Positions 12,471-25,199 of a stretch of DNA of 64,000 nucleotides are shown in pieces (position 1 is the stretch's first letter; each line of letters begins with the position of its first letter). Origin of the DNA: Rhizophagus irregularis (taxonomy: Eukaryota). Below the pieces are notes generated by a model, which saw only the letters and a list, made by a program, of their open reading frames with translations, was not told the origin of the DNA and did not search any database. The position numbers were made by a program, and so were the translations under genes. Location: the NCBI RefSeq assembly GCF_026210795.1, contig NC_089432.1, positions 5,208,001-5,272,000 on the forward strand, read 5' to 3'.

Positions 12471-13528
12471 ACATTTTATACATTTTGCATAAATTATACT
12501 GTGTAATCAATCCACACCGGTTTTAAAAACTATTTTACATTATCTTTTTCATTAGGGAGAACTTTGATATAATTATATAGTAATGGCTCACAGTGATGAT
12601 AAAGGTAAAAAGCTTGTAACATGAATATTTAATATAAATTAAATTTAATATTCTAAAACTTTTAATCAAATTGTCAAATAGCGTCAAGGTAAATACGTTT
12701 CTCAAATTTCGATTCTAAAATTTGATTTTCGATTAATCATTTCTAATCAATTGTGCATCATTAAATTTGTGGCAGGAAAATTTCCAATGATCACAAATTT
12801 AACAATATAATCATTTGATTATTGAATTTTATGATTTCGCATTTAAAATTGCACGAATAATCAGGGATCGGCAGTAACTCTGGCCAAGCTTATAATTCCG
12901 GCCAGAATTAAAACTTTAGTGTGACACAAATCACAATTCAAAATTTCGCATTAACGCAAAGATCCAATGTCACGTGATTTATAATTTCGTAATTCTGGCC
13001 AGCACTATAGTTTCGATTTTTTTTTTTATTCGACAATCATTTCGATTCGATTTTGGCAGAATCGATTTCTCAACAAATCAATGGTGATTAAAATAGTTTG
13101 GATTTACAGGTCACATTTTTAAGGAGTTGATCACATGGCTGACTGCAGCTATTTTACGTAACAAACAATATTGCATCATTTTTTTTTTTAATGAAAGATT
13201 GAGCTTCGAAATATGAAGTACAACAGAAGGATATTTAATATGATAATTAGATAATTTATAATTTATGTAAAATCAAAAAATTTTTATTTTTAATGAATAA
13301 GTAAAACTATACACAAATATAATAAATATATTCAAAATTACAAATAAAATTTAAATTACAAAGATATTTTTTTTTATGATACATGTTAATATAAAGAAAT
13401 TTAATAAAAATAATAGCGCCAGGCCATTTTGTAATGAATAGTAGCTACGTCATTAGGGTTAAAATTGGTCTTCATAGGTTTTGCCATGTAATAACCAAAA
13501 TCGTAAAGTCGTTGAAAGAATTTTCCAT

Positions 13529-13630
13529 TTACATTATAGAACATGAGTTTGTAGGATTACCATCAGGGTTTTCAGTTATTTCGGAAGCAACAATAACAAT
13601 TGGTTTAAAGGTAATAGTTGTTGGATTCAT
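13529..13630 (-). CDS. Putative farnesylated (CAAX) lipopeptide pheromone precursor, 33 aa: MNPTTITFKPIVIVASEITENPDGNPTNSCSIM
   Basis: Manual translation; CSIM directly before the stop; AAAA before ATG; A/C-rich leader; TATAAATA box ~140 bp upstream; decayed paralog at 14.5 kb. Confidence 0.75.
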   Translation of the reverse strand: MNPTTITFKPIVIVASEITENPDGNPTNSCSIM

Positions 13631-13767
13631 TTTTGATTGAGTTTACTTGAGAAAAAATCTTGAGAATTTGATATTTGTTTGATTTCTTTGATTAATTTGA
13701 TTAATTGATTTTTTTTGTTCTTTGAACTCTTTTCTTTTGATGGGATTTTACAAGGAGAAGCCAAGCG

Positions 13768-13920
13768 TATTTATAATAAATCAAACAAACAAAATTTTAG
13801 GCTTTTAAAATATCTATTATCATCATAGAAAATTGGAATTTTACATACTTTACATTGTTTTCTTATTATTTCCTCCCCCCATGCATTGTATTGTTTTGTT
13901 TTTGATATTCTCCCTTTATG
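13768..13920 (-). promoter_or_regulatory. TATA box and HMG-box-like sites upstream of the CAAX peptide gene
   Basis: TATTTATA on + at 13768-13775; CATTGTT 13853, CATTGTATTGTTTTGTT 13884-13900, TCCCTTTAT 13911. Confidence 0.4.
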
Positions 13921-14487
13921 TTTCAAAATTGTTCAGGTCATATCGGGTATATCCTTTTTAGAAATTATTTAAAGATTGGTATAAATCTATTATCTGTTAT
14001 AGTAATAATATTCATGCGTTACATTAGCCACAAATAAATCGACCGCTGCACAAATTAATATTCTTCGTTAGAAAACATTTTTAGGATTTTTTAAATTTAA
14101 CTTTATTTGTAAATGTTTGTGCATAATTTGAAACTAATATTCTTTCATTGTCACGATACATCTCGCTGTGTGATAACGATAATAATTTATCTATAATATA
14201 TTTAAATTAAATTTTACAAACTGAAATTCTATTATTTTCATATATTATAATAATATGTTCAAATATATTCAATAATTTTTTTTTTTGTTAATTGATATTC
14301 TGACGCTATGTAAAAGTGAAAATCATAATACTTTTGGTTAAGCAGCTTAAGACAATATTTATTTGAGATAACGTACAATAAAATGAAAAAATAAATTTCC
14401 ATCGGATAAGTTATTCCAGCAGCAAGAAAATTTAAAATCTTCATTATAACGCTAAGTCAATGTAAATAAATTTCATAGTATTAGTGT

Positions 14488-14578
14488 TTAATATTATATA
14501 AACATTAATTTGTAGAATTAATGTTATTTCAAAAGCAACAATCGTTACTAGCTTGACAGTGATGATTGTTTGATTAAT
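14488..14578 (-). pseudogene. Decayed paralog of the CAAX peptide gene
   Basis: (ATT)NQTIITVKLVTIVAFEIT-[deletion]-NSTN*C aligns to MNPTTITFKPIVIVASEIT...NPTNSC; the 5' flank is also similar. Confidence 0.7.
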
Positions 14579-17017
14579 TTTGATTGTTGTTTGAACAATT
14601 TTTAAAAATGAGTTAATTGACTTTTTTGTTTTTATTTGAGAAGGAATTGATTTATTATTATTATTCGATTAGGGACTTACAAGTATTACAAATATTACGT
14701 AATATTCAGTTTAATAGCTTATCTAATATAAGCTTACCCCTTGTTAATTACGTAATATGTGTAAGTCTTATTGATTATCATAACTTCTTAACAATGATTC
14801 TTATTTATCTATAGCTTATTTCTCTCTGTGTAAATCTTCCCCTTAACGTCCATTTTTAGAATGTATGTGATAATAGGGTGTAAAATATCACGTGATTGCT
14901 AATCATTGTTTTGTACCTTTTATACACAAAAAGAAAAGTGCGTTCTAGATCCAGATTGTATCACTTACGTGGATTTTTTACAGAAAATTGTGTAGCAGGT
15001 AGTACTCAAATGACAATACATTCGTAAGGATTTTATTCCTGATATAAAGTTATTTATAAACAAATAAATAAATATTATTCTTGAAAATTTTCATAAAATA
15101 TTTGCAAATTAAAAAAGGGTTGTAAAAAAAAAAATGACGTGCAGTAGTTGTCTTTTCCTAACTTGATAATAAACAAAATATTTTGGCGGACCTAAATACT
15201 AGAAAATTATAATTATGAGCTGGTTTCATATTTTTAATTAACCAATTTGATCAATAATTGGCATCCGATTTATATTTTGTATAACATTTGTAAAAAAAAC
15301 TTCCAATTTAATTGTTCATTCTATCGTATGCAATACCCTTATAGGTGTTGTAACTCAATAAAAACCTATCAATTTATTCCAAAGTTAATTTTGAAAAATA
15401 ATGGATTCAATTTTTATTTTAATCAAGTCGTAATAAGGCATATGATTACATGGCGCGCACTAATTTATCTCAATGAAGTAAAATATTAATATTATTAGAG
15501 CTCAAAGAATTATATGTTCGTTTATCAATACGTATGTATAAAACATATTTTTTATTTATTTAATGTATTCATTTCTACGAGATGGACACTTTTAGTTTCA
15601 AGAAATCTTATGAATTCGCCCGTCATTTTAAATATTAGCAGCGTCTTATTAATTATGTGGAGATTACTTTGATAATTCATTATAATCTTAAACCTCAGGA
15701 TAAAATGATCTTAAGAGAATTAAATAAAATATAACAATCACCTTTAAGTCGAAAATAAAGTGAATCCATTTCTATTTTTCTGGAATCAATCAAGAAACTT
15801 TAACTGGCATATAGATCTTTACCAAATAATTTAGTTGCTCAATTTAATTTTTTTTTTTTTAAAAATTAGTAACGTGCGTGCTTATTAATTATGATTTATC
15901 AAGAAAGAAACATAATTATACAAACACCTAGAAAATAATATAAATAAATTATATTATCATTTATTTTATGCAGACATACAATAATCCATATATGATCATA
16001 CGATAATTTAAGTTAGTAGAATAAAAAAATAAAACAATCACTTAAAATAAACTTATTTATACATTTATATAAATTTTTTAAACTTTTATATAATAAACTT
16101 TTTTTAATCTTTTATCATATAATTTTTTTTTAAAACTAATACATAAACTTTTAAACTTTTTTGACTCTCAATATGAACTAAAAAAAGCTAAACGATAATA
16201 TAATTATTATATGTGATATACTTAACAATAGGATAAAATGGCTGCCAATGATGCTTGTTGTTTTGTTGATTTTCTTGGAGTTTTGTGTGTTTTTAAAAAT
16301 TTCCAAGCAATGTTTATATCCTTTTCTAGATACATTTTGATAACTTCTTTTCTTCTCGTTAAATATCGCTATGTAAACTAATTTCTTATCTATATTCGCT
16401 CATCGTTGCTAATCCCATCTCTCTGCACAGTACTTGTTCATAACGTATATGTCAGTCAATTACCTACCATTTATATTTTCATCAATAGTTAATCAGCGTA
16501 CAATATTGAAACGATAAATATTTACTTGAGATATCTGCATGCTGCAATATTCATTGTAAAGTTTCATTTATAGATCAATCAACTAAATTTCTATTATTCA
16601 TGAATTAATTTCTAGCAGTAAGAGTAAAAGAAAGAGTTTAATTAATAAATACAGTAGTTCTATGTAAACATGATCTGCGTTAACATTTGATGTTACCTCG
16701 TGACATTATAAACCAATATAAATACAACACTATAAAGTACAGTACGTATTAAATTGCACTGACATAGTACAGTACAATTTCCAACGGTCCATTGATATAT
16801 TAAATAACATCCAAAGATTATTAACTAGCGGATCTAAAATTTATTGAGATTTCCTTTGATTAAATTCGCATTTATTCACTCGTTTTATTCATAAGAAATT
16901 AATAATATAATGATATTCTTTATTACATCTTTCAAAATCTAATTGACTTAATTAATACCAACCTAAATAATAAATAAAATATAGTGTCAGCCAAACTTTA
17001 GTCTGAACTGTTGCACT

Positions 17018-17539
17018 TAGGGATGCCAAAAGTTTGGTTATAACCGATTATAACCGGTTTTTATCGGTTCGGTTACGGTTCGGTTTCAGTCCAAGACCGA
17101 CCGGTTAACCGTCGGTTTTATATATAAAAAAACCGACAAAAAAACCGATCAGTTAATCATATATTCCAAAAGAAAAGAATGTTTATTATATTGAGAATAC
17201 TATTAAAAATTATGATTTTGGTGTTTATTTATATATATAGTATTCTTATTTTTGAAATAATAAGAAAATTTTTTACGCGTCGATCACGTGATTTTTTGTT
17301 CCGCTGAAAAAAATCGCAAAATTGACATTATTATCGTAAAAAAAATTATAATTTTAAGGAATATTATCAAATAAAATTATAATTAACACTTTCTAACATT
17401 AGTTCATTCAATTTTGCAGTAATTTTGCGATCAGTTTTGCAATTCGGTTTTATCGGTCGGTTTTGCGGTCAGTTCGGTTTCAGCTGAAAACCGCGGTTTT
17501 AAAACCGAAACCGAACCGAACCGACCGTTGGCATCCCTA
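17018..17539. mobile_element. hAT-type MITE
   Basis: TIR TAGGGATGCCAA/TTGGCATCCCTA; 8-bp TSD GTTGCACT (17010-17017, 17540-17547); AACCG/CGGTT subterminal repeats. Confidence 0.93.
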
Positions 17540-18044
17540 GTTGCACTCTTAACTGGTTACACAAGTAAAATTAATCATTTAATTAAGATGGTTAGAGCAT
17601 CTCTAAAATCAAGTTAAAATGTGCGATGCGAATCGCCTTAAATTTCTCATTTACATATCGAAAAAATAAAATTTCAATTATAATTTTAATTTATTAAAAA
17701 AATATCTGATATACAATTTTTGAAAATGAATTTCTGAATCAAAATTGTAACAACTTATGGTTTAAAAATTGCGTTAAGGTTTGTTTCAAATAAAGTTTAA
17801 GAATATTATTATCATCATTATTTTTATTAAATAACCTTTATTAATATTGTAATATTCACGTTATGTAATTTATTACAATGTAGACGCTTCTAGAACATCC
17901 GCTAAATAAAGCATTTATCTAGTAGATTGAAATTGTGAACACGCTAAACTAAACACATCAAAAAATAAAAAAAATAAAAAAACAAAAAGAAAAAAATTTA
18001 AAAATTGTAAAATCAAGAAAGTAATATACTGAAAGTATAACGCC

Positions 18045-18995
18045 TATTTGATTTCCGTCTGACAGAAATGTTTTTTTGCTAGCCAAAAATGTCTTCTTTT
18101 GTTTGACTAAAATAATCTTCACACCCTTTTCCAACGAAAATAAAATACAACCTTATTTATCAAATTTGTTTACTTTATTGAACGTTTATTCGCTATCAGA
18201 GTTGTCTCTTCGTCCCTGAACTGTCGCTACGCTTTGTTATTTTCGTTCAATTGTTCGATTTCTGATTCCACAACTTTTCCTCTTTCTTTACCTTTGCTGG
18301 CTGAGTCTTCTTTCCCACTAATATTTTCGATACGGTTACTAAAGTCTGAATTTAATTGATTAAATTTATCGACTACTTCTTTACTCGTTAACGCATCTAC
18401 AAATTGTTAGCCCTCCAAAAGAATCTGTGCGTTGTTTGTAAGTGTCTTTTGATATCTCAGCTTTTTGAAACCCATCTTTTCCTATAAGTTCATTTTGTTT
18501 TTTTATCTGAAGTCCTTTACTTAAATCTTTGTTCATTGCTGAGTCATATGTGGCCTTAAATAATTCTTGTTCATCATTAAAATACATTAAAATATATTTC
18601 ACTGTGTTAATTTTAATGATTTTAGCAAAATGCCGATGGCCATCATATTTTTTTATGCAGTCCTTAATAATTGTATATTCATTCTTTTCATTTTCTTGAT
18701 CATTTAACTTTTTGACCGCCTGGTAACTATATCTTTTTTTAATATTCCTAGATGAAATCTTTGTGTCAAACATTCTAAAAAAAAATAAACGTCCCTTTTT
18801 TTGTTATTTTTATATTAGATCTGCCCTTTATGAAAACTGATTCCATATCATTTGTTAAGCGGATTTTTGTTTAGATAATTTATATTTGTAATTTCGTTTG
18901 ACCATTAGTTGATCCACGTAGCCAGATTTTCTGATTCGCTATGTATATATCTGAAAAATCATTAATAAAGTTTCGCCAAATTTAAGCATTTGCAT
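18045..18995 (-). pseudogene. Frameshifted intronless orphan ORF, possibly retroelement-associated; includes track ORF 18381-18773
   Basis: Coding-like sequence continues on both sides of the 130-aa ORF through frameshifts and stops. Confidence 0.4.
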
Positions 18996-19650
18996 CAAAA
19001 ATTTTTTCATGAAATAGTGATAGGTGTTACAAATTGTAACGTACAACAAAGTGATATCTCTGTATTCAGGGGTCCTTGACCTAGGCCTAAATCATGTAAC
19101 GGCTGTGAAAATTGTGATCAGGATGATCGTTGTAAGTTGTGACATCTAAGCCCGTGATAAGTCACGTTGCCACCTTAGATATTAACAAAATAATACTTTA
19201 TTAATAATATAAATAAATACAATAATATGCTTGGTTTAATAATATTTAAATATTTATCCTAAAATTTCTTTTTATTTTCAAGATTCGTATCCTGATTTTT
19301 GGGGAGATCGAATTGATCTGTTATTTAAAAGTAGTACTAAAATTACTGCGTATCCTTCATTGAGTAACCAATTAAATTATCATCCAATTTTATATCATGA
19401 TCTAACAAATTAACCACCTGATATCTTAATATATCGGACCAATAACCTAACATCCTAATTTAACGTCATTGCGGACTATTAAAATACAATTTTAAACTAC
19501 TAAAAATTTATATACTGATTTTAAATATAATACTGCGCCTCACAATTAATTAATTTACTAGGTGAGTTACGGCATTACATCGTCATAAAAAATCGCGTAT
19601 AATCATCGCTTACTGTCTTTTTTTTTCACCAAAAAAAAATTGCTTGTCGA

Positions 19651-21230
19651 TATGCTAAAGGAGGTACGTTCAAAGCTGAAATATTCAGGTGAATATACAC
19701 TCCGTTCTTATTTTTATTGGTCAGAATGTTGAGAAATATAAATTTGGCTGTTATAGATTACTGGGACAAGGATCCCAATGACTGGGAAGACGTAAACGAA
19801 TGGGATATCTATTGAATTGAGAATCAACCACGTTCAACATTAATTACCAAGCAAAATTCATATACGGCCTTAGCTGAGGAGCTGAAGTGCTTGAACAAAA
19901 TATACATGGGAATATATCCAGCTTGTAAAATAATCTCTGGATTGCAGAACGAATTAAAGGAAAGTATAGTTATTTATAAACCTCATACAATCAATAGGTG
20001 GTATCAGCGCACTCCTTGGCTCATCCGGCAACAGTATGTTGAAAAGGTTTTCCAGTATGTAAAACTGACGAGTAACACAGTATGTGTGTGGCCAAGGAAA
20101 CGTTGTGCCGGTCTATAGTGTCTGGATAAGAAACTCCTTCTAAGCTAAACTCATGGTCCGTAGTGTCACTGAGGGAGGGCCGTAGTGCCTGTGGTTTATT
20201 TTGAACTTTCTTCCCACCTATTTTTTTTGTCTCGGAGTGTATTATCTGATTTTATCATATTATTATTAATTTCCTTATTTTTATATATAGGGTATTGCCA
20301 AGAGTGATGAAAATAAGAAAATTTGGGATACAAAGTATCAGATCGCATCATTAGCGATGGAATCTGAATTGACCAGCAAGGAATTAGAAGTTGAAAGGGC
20401 AAGTATTTATTAATTTCTTTGATGCATTTCTTATTCAGTTCTTGTTGAACTTTGTTATGACAGGAAAGGGGAAGGCAATCTATCCATAAGATAACCCTGT
20501 AAAAAAAAAATGTCCGGAAATTGTAGCTAAAAACATCCGGAAGATGTCCGTGTGTCCGGAAAACGTCCAGAAAATTGCAATATTCCGGACACTTTCTGGA
20601 CGCTGGGTCTGAACCCTCCTAGACATTTTCTGGACATTTTCCGGAAAATGGAAATTTTCCAACGTCCGGAATATTGCAATATTCCGGACATATTCCAGAC
20701 AAATAAACATTTTCCGGACGTTTTCAGCTACAATTTCCGGACATTCTTTTTTTATAGGGTAACACAACAGGGATTTCAAATTGCACAGCAAGGACTTCAG
20801 TAATGCGCTGATGCTGAGTTTGTTGCAATGAACAAGAAAGGAAAAGGATCAAAACAAGTATGTTTGGCTTAAATTATTTGAGATACTGGCTACCACTACA
20901 AAGTTGCTTATTGCTAAATATCTCAAGAAGTTCCTCCTTTACGTGCAGTCCCTCCTCCCCCTTTTCAACTTTCATAGGCTCAGCTACGAACTTCGGAAAA
21001 TAAGGTAGTTGTATTTTTCAACTGTGTTTTTACGCAACAAAAAATGTCTTCTGATCTTTCGAATATGCGCACAGATCAGAAGTACCACCGGTGAGACAGA
21101 AGTGAAATCGACCTATAGCGATTTAACGTTCAGTGAAGTATCATCATCATCTATTCCTCTTACGAACGACTTCTCCGAAACTTCTTTTAATCAGTCTTTC
21201 TTGTTTTTTGGTTATTTTTTAACCAGCTTT
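19651..21230 (+). pseudogene. Multi-exon gene relic (YWDKDPNDWEDVNEWDIY* N-terminal motif) interrupted by a CACTA-type MITE
   Basis: ATG ~19651, GT-AG introns, in-frame TGA, MITE insertion. Confidence 0.45.
20495..20759. mobile_element. CACTA/CMC-type MITE
   Basis: Termini CCCTGTAAAAAA...TTTTTTATAGGG with ~45-bp inverted repeats; 3-bp TSD TAA; internal TCCGGA repeats. Confidence 0.85.
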
Positions 21231-21279
21231 ATTTAACAATTTTTGATGCTAAAAAAAATTAATTTATTAATATATCTAG

Positions 21280-22380
21280 CAAGTTCCTGATGAAAACTTA
21301 TAAAGAATATTATAATAGAAAGGTTTGGCAATACAAAAATTATTTGGATATAGAATGTTTTTTGATTTACTTGATAACCTTATTCCAGCAACCCTGGATA
21401 TCTATACGGTTCTTTTTCGAAATAATAAATTTAATGAATATGTTGATACAATATTTCATCTATGGTGTATGATGAGAAGGTTCCAAAGACATAATTACGA
21501 TAAATTCTTTTTACCTTTTTGTCTGATGTGTATTATTAGCAATCAATCAACCATCCCATCATCGAAACCTTAAAAAATAATTTGATGAGTATGTTATTGA
21601 AAATTTTAAGTCTTTTACAAAGACATACCATAGCAAAAGTTTCTTCAAGTAAATCCCTTAGACGTGATGCTCTATTTATTGATAAAAATTTATTTGCTAC
21701 ATCATTTGTACCGAAAAGAGACTATCCATATAAAAAAAAATATTTAGATGAAATGATTAAAAGAACTGCTCTTATTTTTATTGAACTTTTTTGATGAGAT
21801 CTGGAAAAATAATGGAAAAGTAGAAAAAAAATGGAGGGAAAAAGAAATTAAAAACCTCATTATTATTTTACATCCATTCCTACAAGTTTTCCATTGGATG
21901 CTTTACCTCTTGGATACCATTCTCCTATACCTCCAAATATGAAAAAGTTTTGTGATAAAAACTTTTGCAGAAATTCAACAAACAAAGGGGTGAAGTTTTG
22001 ATATGTGGACATGCATATTATGAAGAATGTTTAGGTTTAAAGTGTGAACATTACTATAAATACTTAGATAAATCTATTGATGAATTAACAAACCATATAA
22101 TCAGAGATTGCACTTAGAAGAAACTCAAATAGAATCGGATATTAATGAAGAAATGGATGAAGATAGTTGCAAACTTGAAAAGACTGATAATTATAAATCA
22201 AAAAAAGTTGAGACCGATTCTGAAAAAAGGATCTTGGGTAATGTTTAAAAACATTAAAAGTATTATATTAAATTTTTTTACTAATAATAATATTTTTTAG
22301 AGTTTACAAATCAAACTCTCTTCACAAATTCATGTCAAACATTACTAGATATTCAGTACTAATTTTCCAAACGTCTACTT
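21280..22380 (+). pseudogene. Fragmented relic of a repetitive Glomeromycotina protein family (LLDNLIPATLDIY..LFR..F.EYV.TIF..W....R.NY.K), possibly transposon-derived
   Basis: Consecutive frameshifted ORF fragments ending in a CGH.Y.EEC-like Cys/His region. Confidence 0.45.
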
Positions 22381-22703
22381 GTATTATTATATTGTAATAA
22401 AAAAAATATATTTTTAGTTGAAATTTTATTGGCCAGTGAATGTTGATCGTTACGTGAAAATAAACCAATAAGTGGATTCTATCAAATGACATTAAAATGA
22501 CATCAAATGATGTCAGAAATGACCAAGATTTCTCGTTTATTTAACTCCTTACTTTCCTTATTGAAAGAGCTAACAGAATATTTTATATATTTTTCTTTAT
22601 CGATTCCCAGGAAAAAAAGTGAGTAGCACGTGATGACATGACGTTTACCAACCGCTAACCTGATTTTGCCCCAATAATAGTTTTTCTACTTGGTTCCCAA
22701 AAG

Positions 22704-23905
22704 ATGAATGAAACAAGATTTTCTCATTCCTATTTTCCACAGCACTTTGCCAACCGAAGTGAAGAAAGTAAATGGCAAAAAAGTAAAGAAAATGATATAT
22801 ATGAGCTTGAACGCGCTTTATTTCCTATGGAGCTTCTATGTCAATCTTCTCATCAAGAAAGTAATTTTCAAGAGACAAAGGGAATATCTCTCATGGAACC
22901 TGGTAGTTTTGAAGAGACAGTTCATAAAGATAGAACTAAGAAAAGCATTCCGTCCATTTATGATAAACCTTACACACAACAAAATAAAGAGATTCAGGCC
23001 CAGAGCTTCAGTTTACCTATCACCAGCGAAACTGCCAGAAATAACGAGATTAAATGTAAAAGAACTAAAAGCGGTAGCAAAGATGAGGTCAGAGAATATG
23101 ATGATATTTTAAGGGATAACTCGTGCCCTAACAGAGCAAGAATTGAGTCTATACAAGCATCTATGGGGAAATTATGCAGAATCGGTGTCGTGGGAAGCGA
23201 TGAAAGGACAAAATGGGTATCATGCCGATTTGTACAGCCATGCTATAGAATTGGAAGAGATTGTACTGAGATACCTTTGCATAATGTGTCAGAGGGTCAT
23301 GAATGTTGCAACAATTCATCCATGGTAATCGAAATTATTGCGAGTGAATCCAACCGTCACCAACTTGCAGAATCTGTTAATCAAGGGCCCTGTGAAGTAT
23401 CAAGTCTTACCGAGTGTATGAGGGTAAAAATGGGTTATGGACCAGATCTTTACGATGTTCGAAATTTTGGCTTTAACCATATCATACTTATTGGGAAGCG
23501 AGAATATGGAATAATGTTTTTAGATTGCTATGGTCGAGTTTTTGAGTTAGACAGGATGTCTGATGCACTGTGGCCACTTGGGAATTCTTTGGAAGAGGCG
23601 GCAACAAAACCCTGGACTGGCGAGGTGGCATGGGATGTTGATGAAGATGGGGTTGTTTTTGAATGGGAGTATTGTATGTGTACAAATCTTATTTTTTTAA
23701 CATAATTTTGTATTAACTTTTCTTCTCTCTTTCAGATACTGAAGCTGAACGTACTACACATGATTTTAAACGTGCGGATGATAAGAAACCCTGGAAACTT
23801 GAGGGAGTCTATAAAGAAATCCCGGACAAGAACAAAAGTAAAAAAAAGAAAAGCAAGAAAAGCAAGAAAAGCAAGAAAAACAAGAAAAACAGCACGATTT
23901 TTTAA
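22704..23905 (+). CDS. Two-exon protein with a C-terminal SUKH/US22-like domain and Lys-rich tail (exons 22704-23673, 23736-23905)
   Basis: 333-codon ORF; GTATGT donor at 23674, AG acceptor at 23735; exon 2 in frame; motif IMFLDCYGRVFELD...LWPLGNSLEEA. Confidence 0.6.
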
Positions 23906-24337
23906 TTTTATAAACTTCTATAATCACAATTTTACATATTTTTCTTTATTATTAGCTCTTACAGATTTTTATGTAAAATACATCTTTTTCACTTTACCTT
24001 TAACCCTACGCAATATCACTTTTAGTATTTACTTTACAAATAATTTATAATTTGCAGATCTCTAGCTTATGCTAAATTTTTCACTATCTTTACACATGCC
24101 TATAATGTTTCTATGATTTTAAATCAATTTCTGTATTTAAAATTTGATTACCTCCAAAAAAAAAAGATTTGATATAATACAACAAAGTGAACACATTTAC
24201 AAAAAATGGCACATAAACAATAATTTATTTTTTTTGGTGTACTGCAACTTTATCAATTTTTCAGTAAAAAAAGTGGAGGTAGCGAATGGGACAGATAACA
24301 AAAATAATTAGTTTACTGTTATCTTAATATGCATATA

Positions 24338-24900
24338 CAGTGGTGAGCAAAATTTTTTGGAAAATTTCACGTGACTTCAGTCACGTGTAGTGACTTGTAA
24401 AAAAATTTGCAGATCAAATTGCAATATACTTAATACATCTCAAAATAAATATTCTTTCTTTACTAAAAGATTTTATTGAAAAATGATAGCAAAAAATAAA
24501 TTTATGATTATGGGTCAAAGAAGTGCAGTATTTGAGTGAAATTTAACTTCACACTATCGTGAGGATGGGAAGATATGGCTTAAAAACAAAAACCTAGTAA
24601 AAATCAACTAAAAATGACACAAATATCGCAAAAAATATTATAGGCCAAGGAATTCGGGAATGTTGAACGTTAAGGAATGAAAATTTTATTTCTAATAAAG
24701 ATACAAATATTTTATTAAATTAATAAAATTAAGTTATGAGGAAATTATTAGGGTAAAGGGAGAGAGGATAATTTTTTAATTGTATATAGTTTAAATCTCA
24801 TGACATTGCACTTTAAATATATTAAACTATTTGCAAATGTAATCACCGGTTGTTGAGTAAATTCACTTTAAAGTTTTCCAAATAATTTTGCTCACCACTG
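24338..24900. mobile_element. Tc1/mariner-type MITE
   Basis: ~30-bp TIR CAGTGGTGAGCAAAATT(T/A)TTTGGAAAA; TA on both sides. Confidence 0.92.
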
Positions 24901-25199
24901 TATTAAAATCACTGACGGTATCACATGGCGTAATGTTTAGAATACCTATATAATAAACTTTAAATTGTGTAACACAGTTTTCATTGGCCAAAATATCATG
25001 TGATATTACACAATATCTAAAAAAGGCAATTTTATCAACTTGGAAAAAATCGATTTTAGGATCACAAAAAGAAAATTAATTTACTGATTACTCAGATTGA
25101 CCAAAGCTATATATCATCACGTGGCATTACACAAATCCATTTTTTTTTGAAATTTGGATTACGCAAAAATACAAAAAAGATTTGCAGAAATCACCTGTA

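Noticed and set aside
13434..13640. 68-aa plus-strand ORF from the track
   Set aside because: It is the antisense shadow of the CAAX peptide gene; TATA, leader and paralog all support the minus strand
16200..16330. TATA plus A/C-rich leader on - suggesting a third peptide gene
   Set aside because: No ATG-initiated ORF or CAAX motif follows
20065..20101. Hammerhead-like CTGACGAG...GAAAC
   Set aside because: No stem II closing pair before GAAA and no matching stems I/III found
20480..20803. Two overlapping antisense ORFs
   Set aside because: They arise from the palindromic repeats of the CACTA-type MITE
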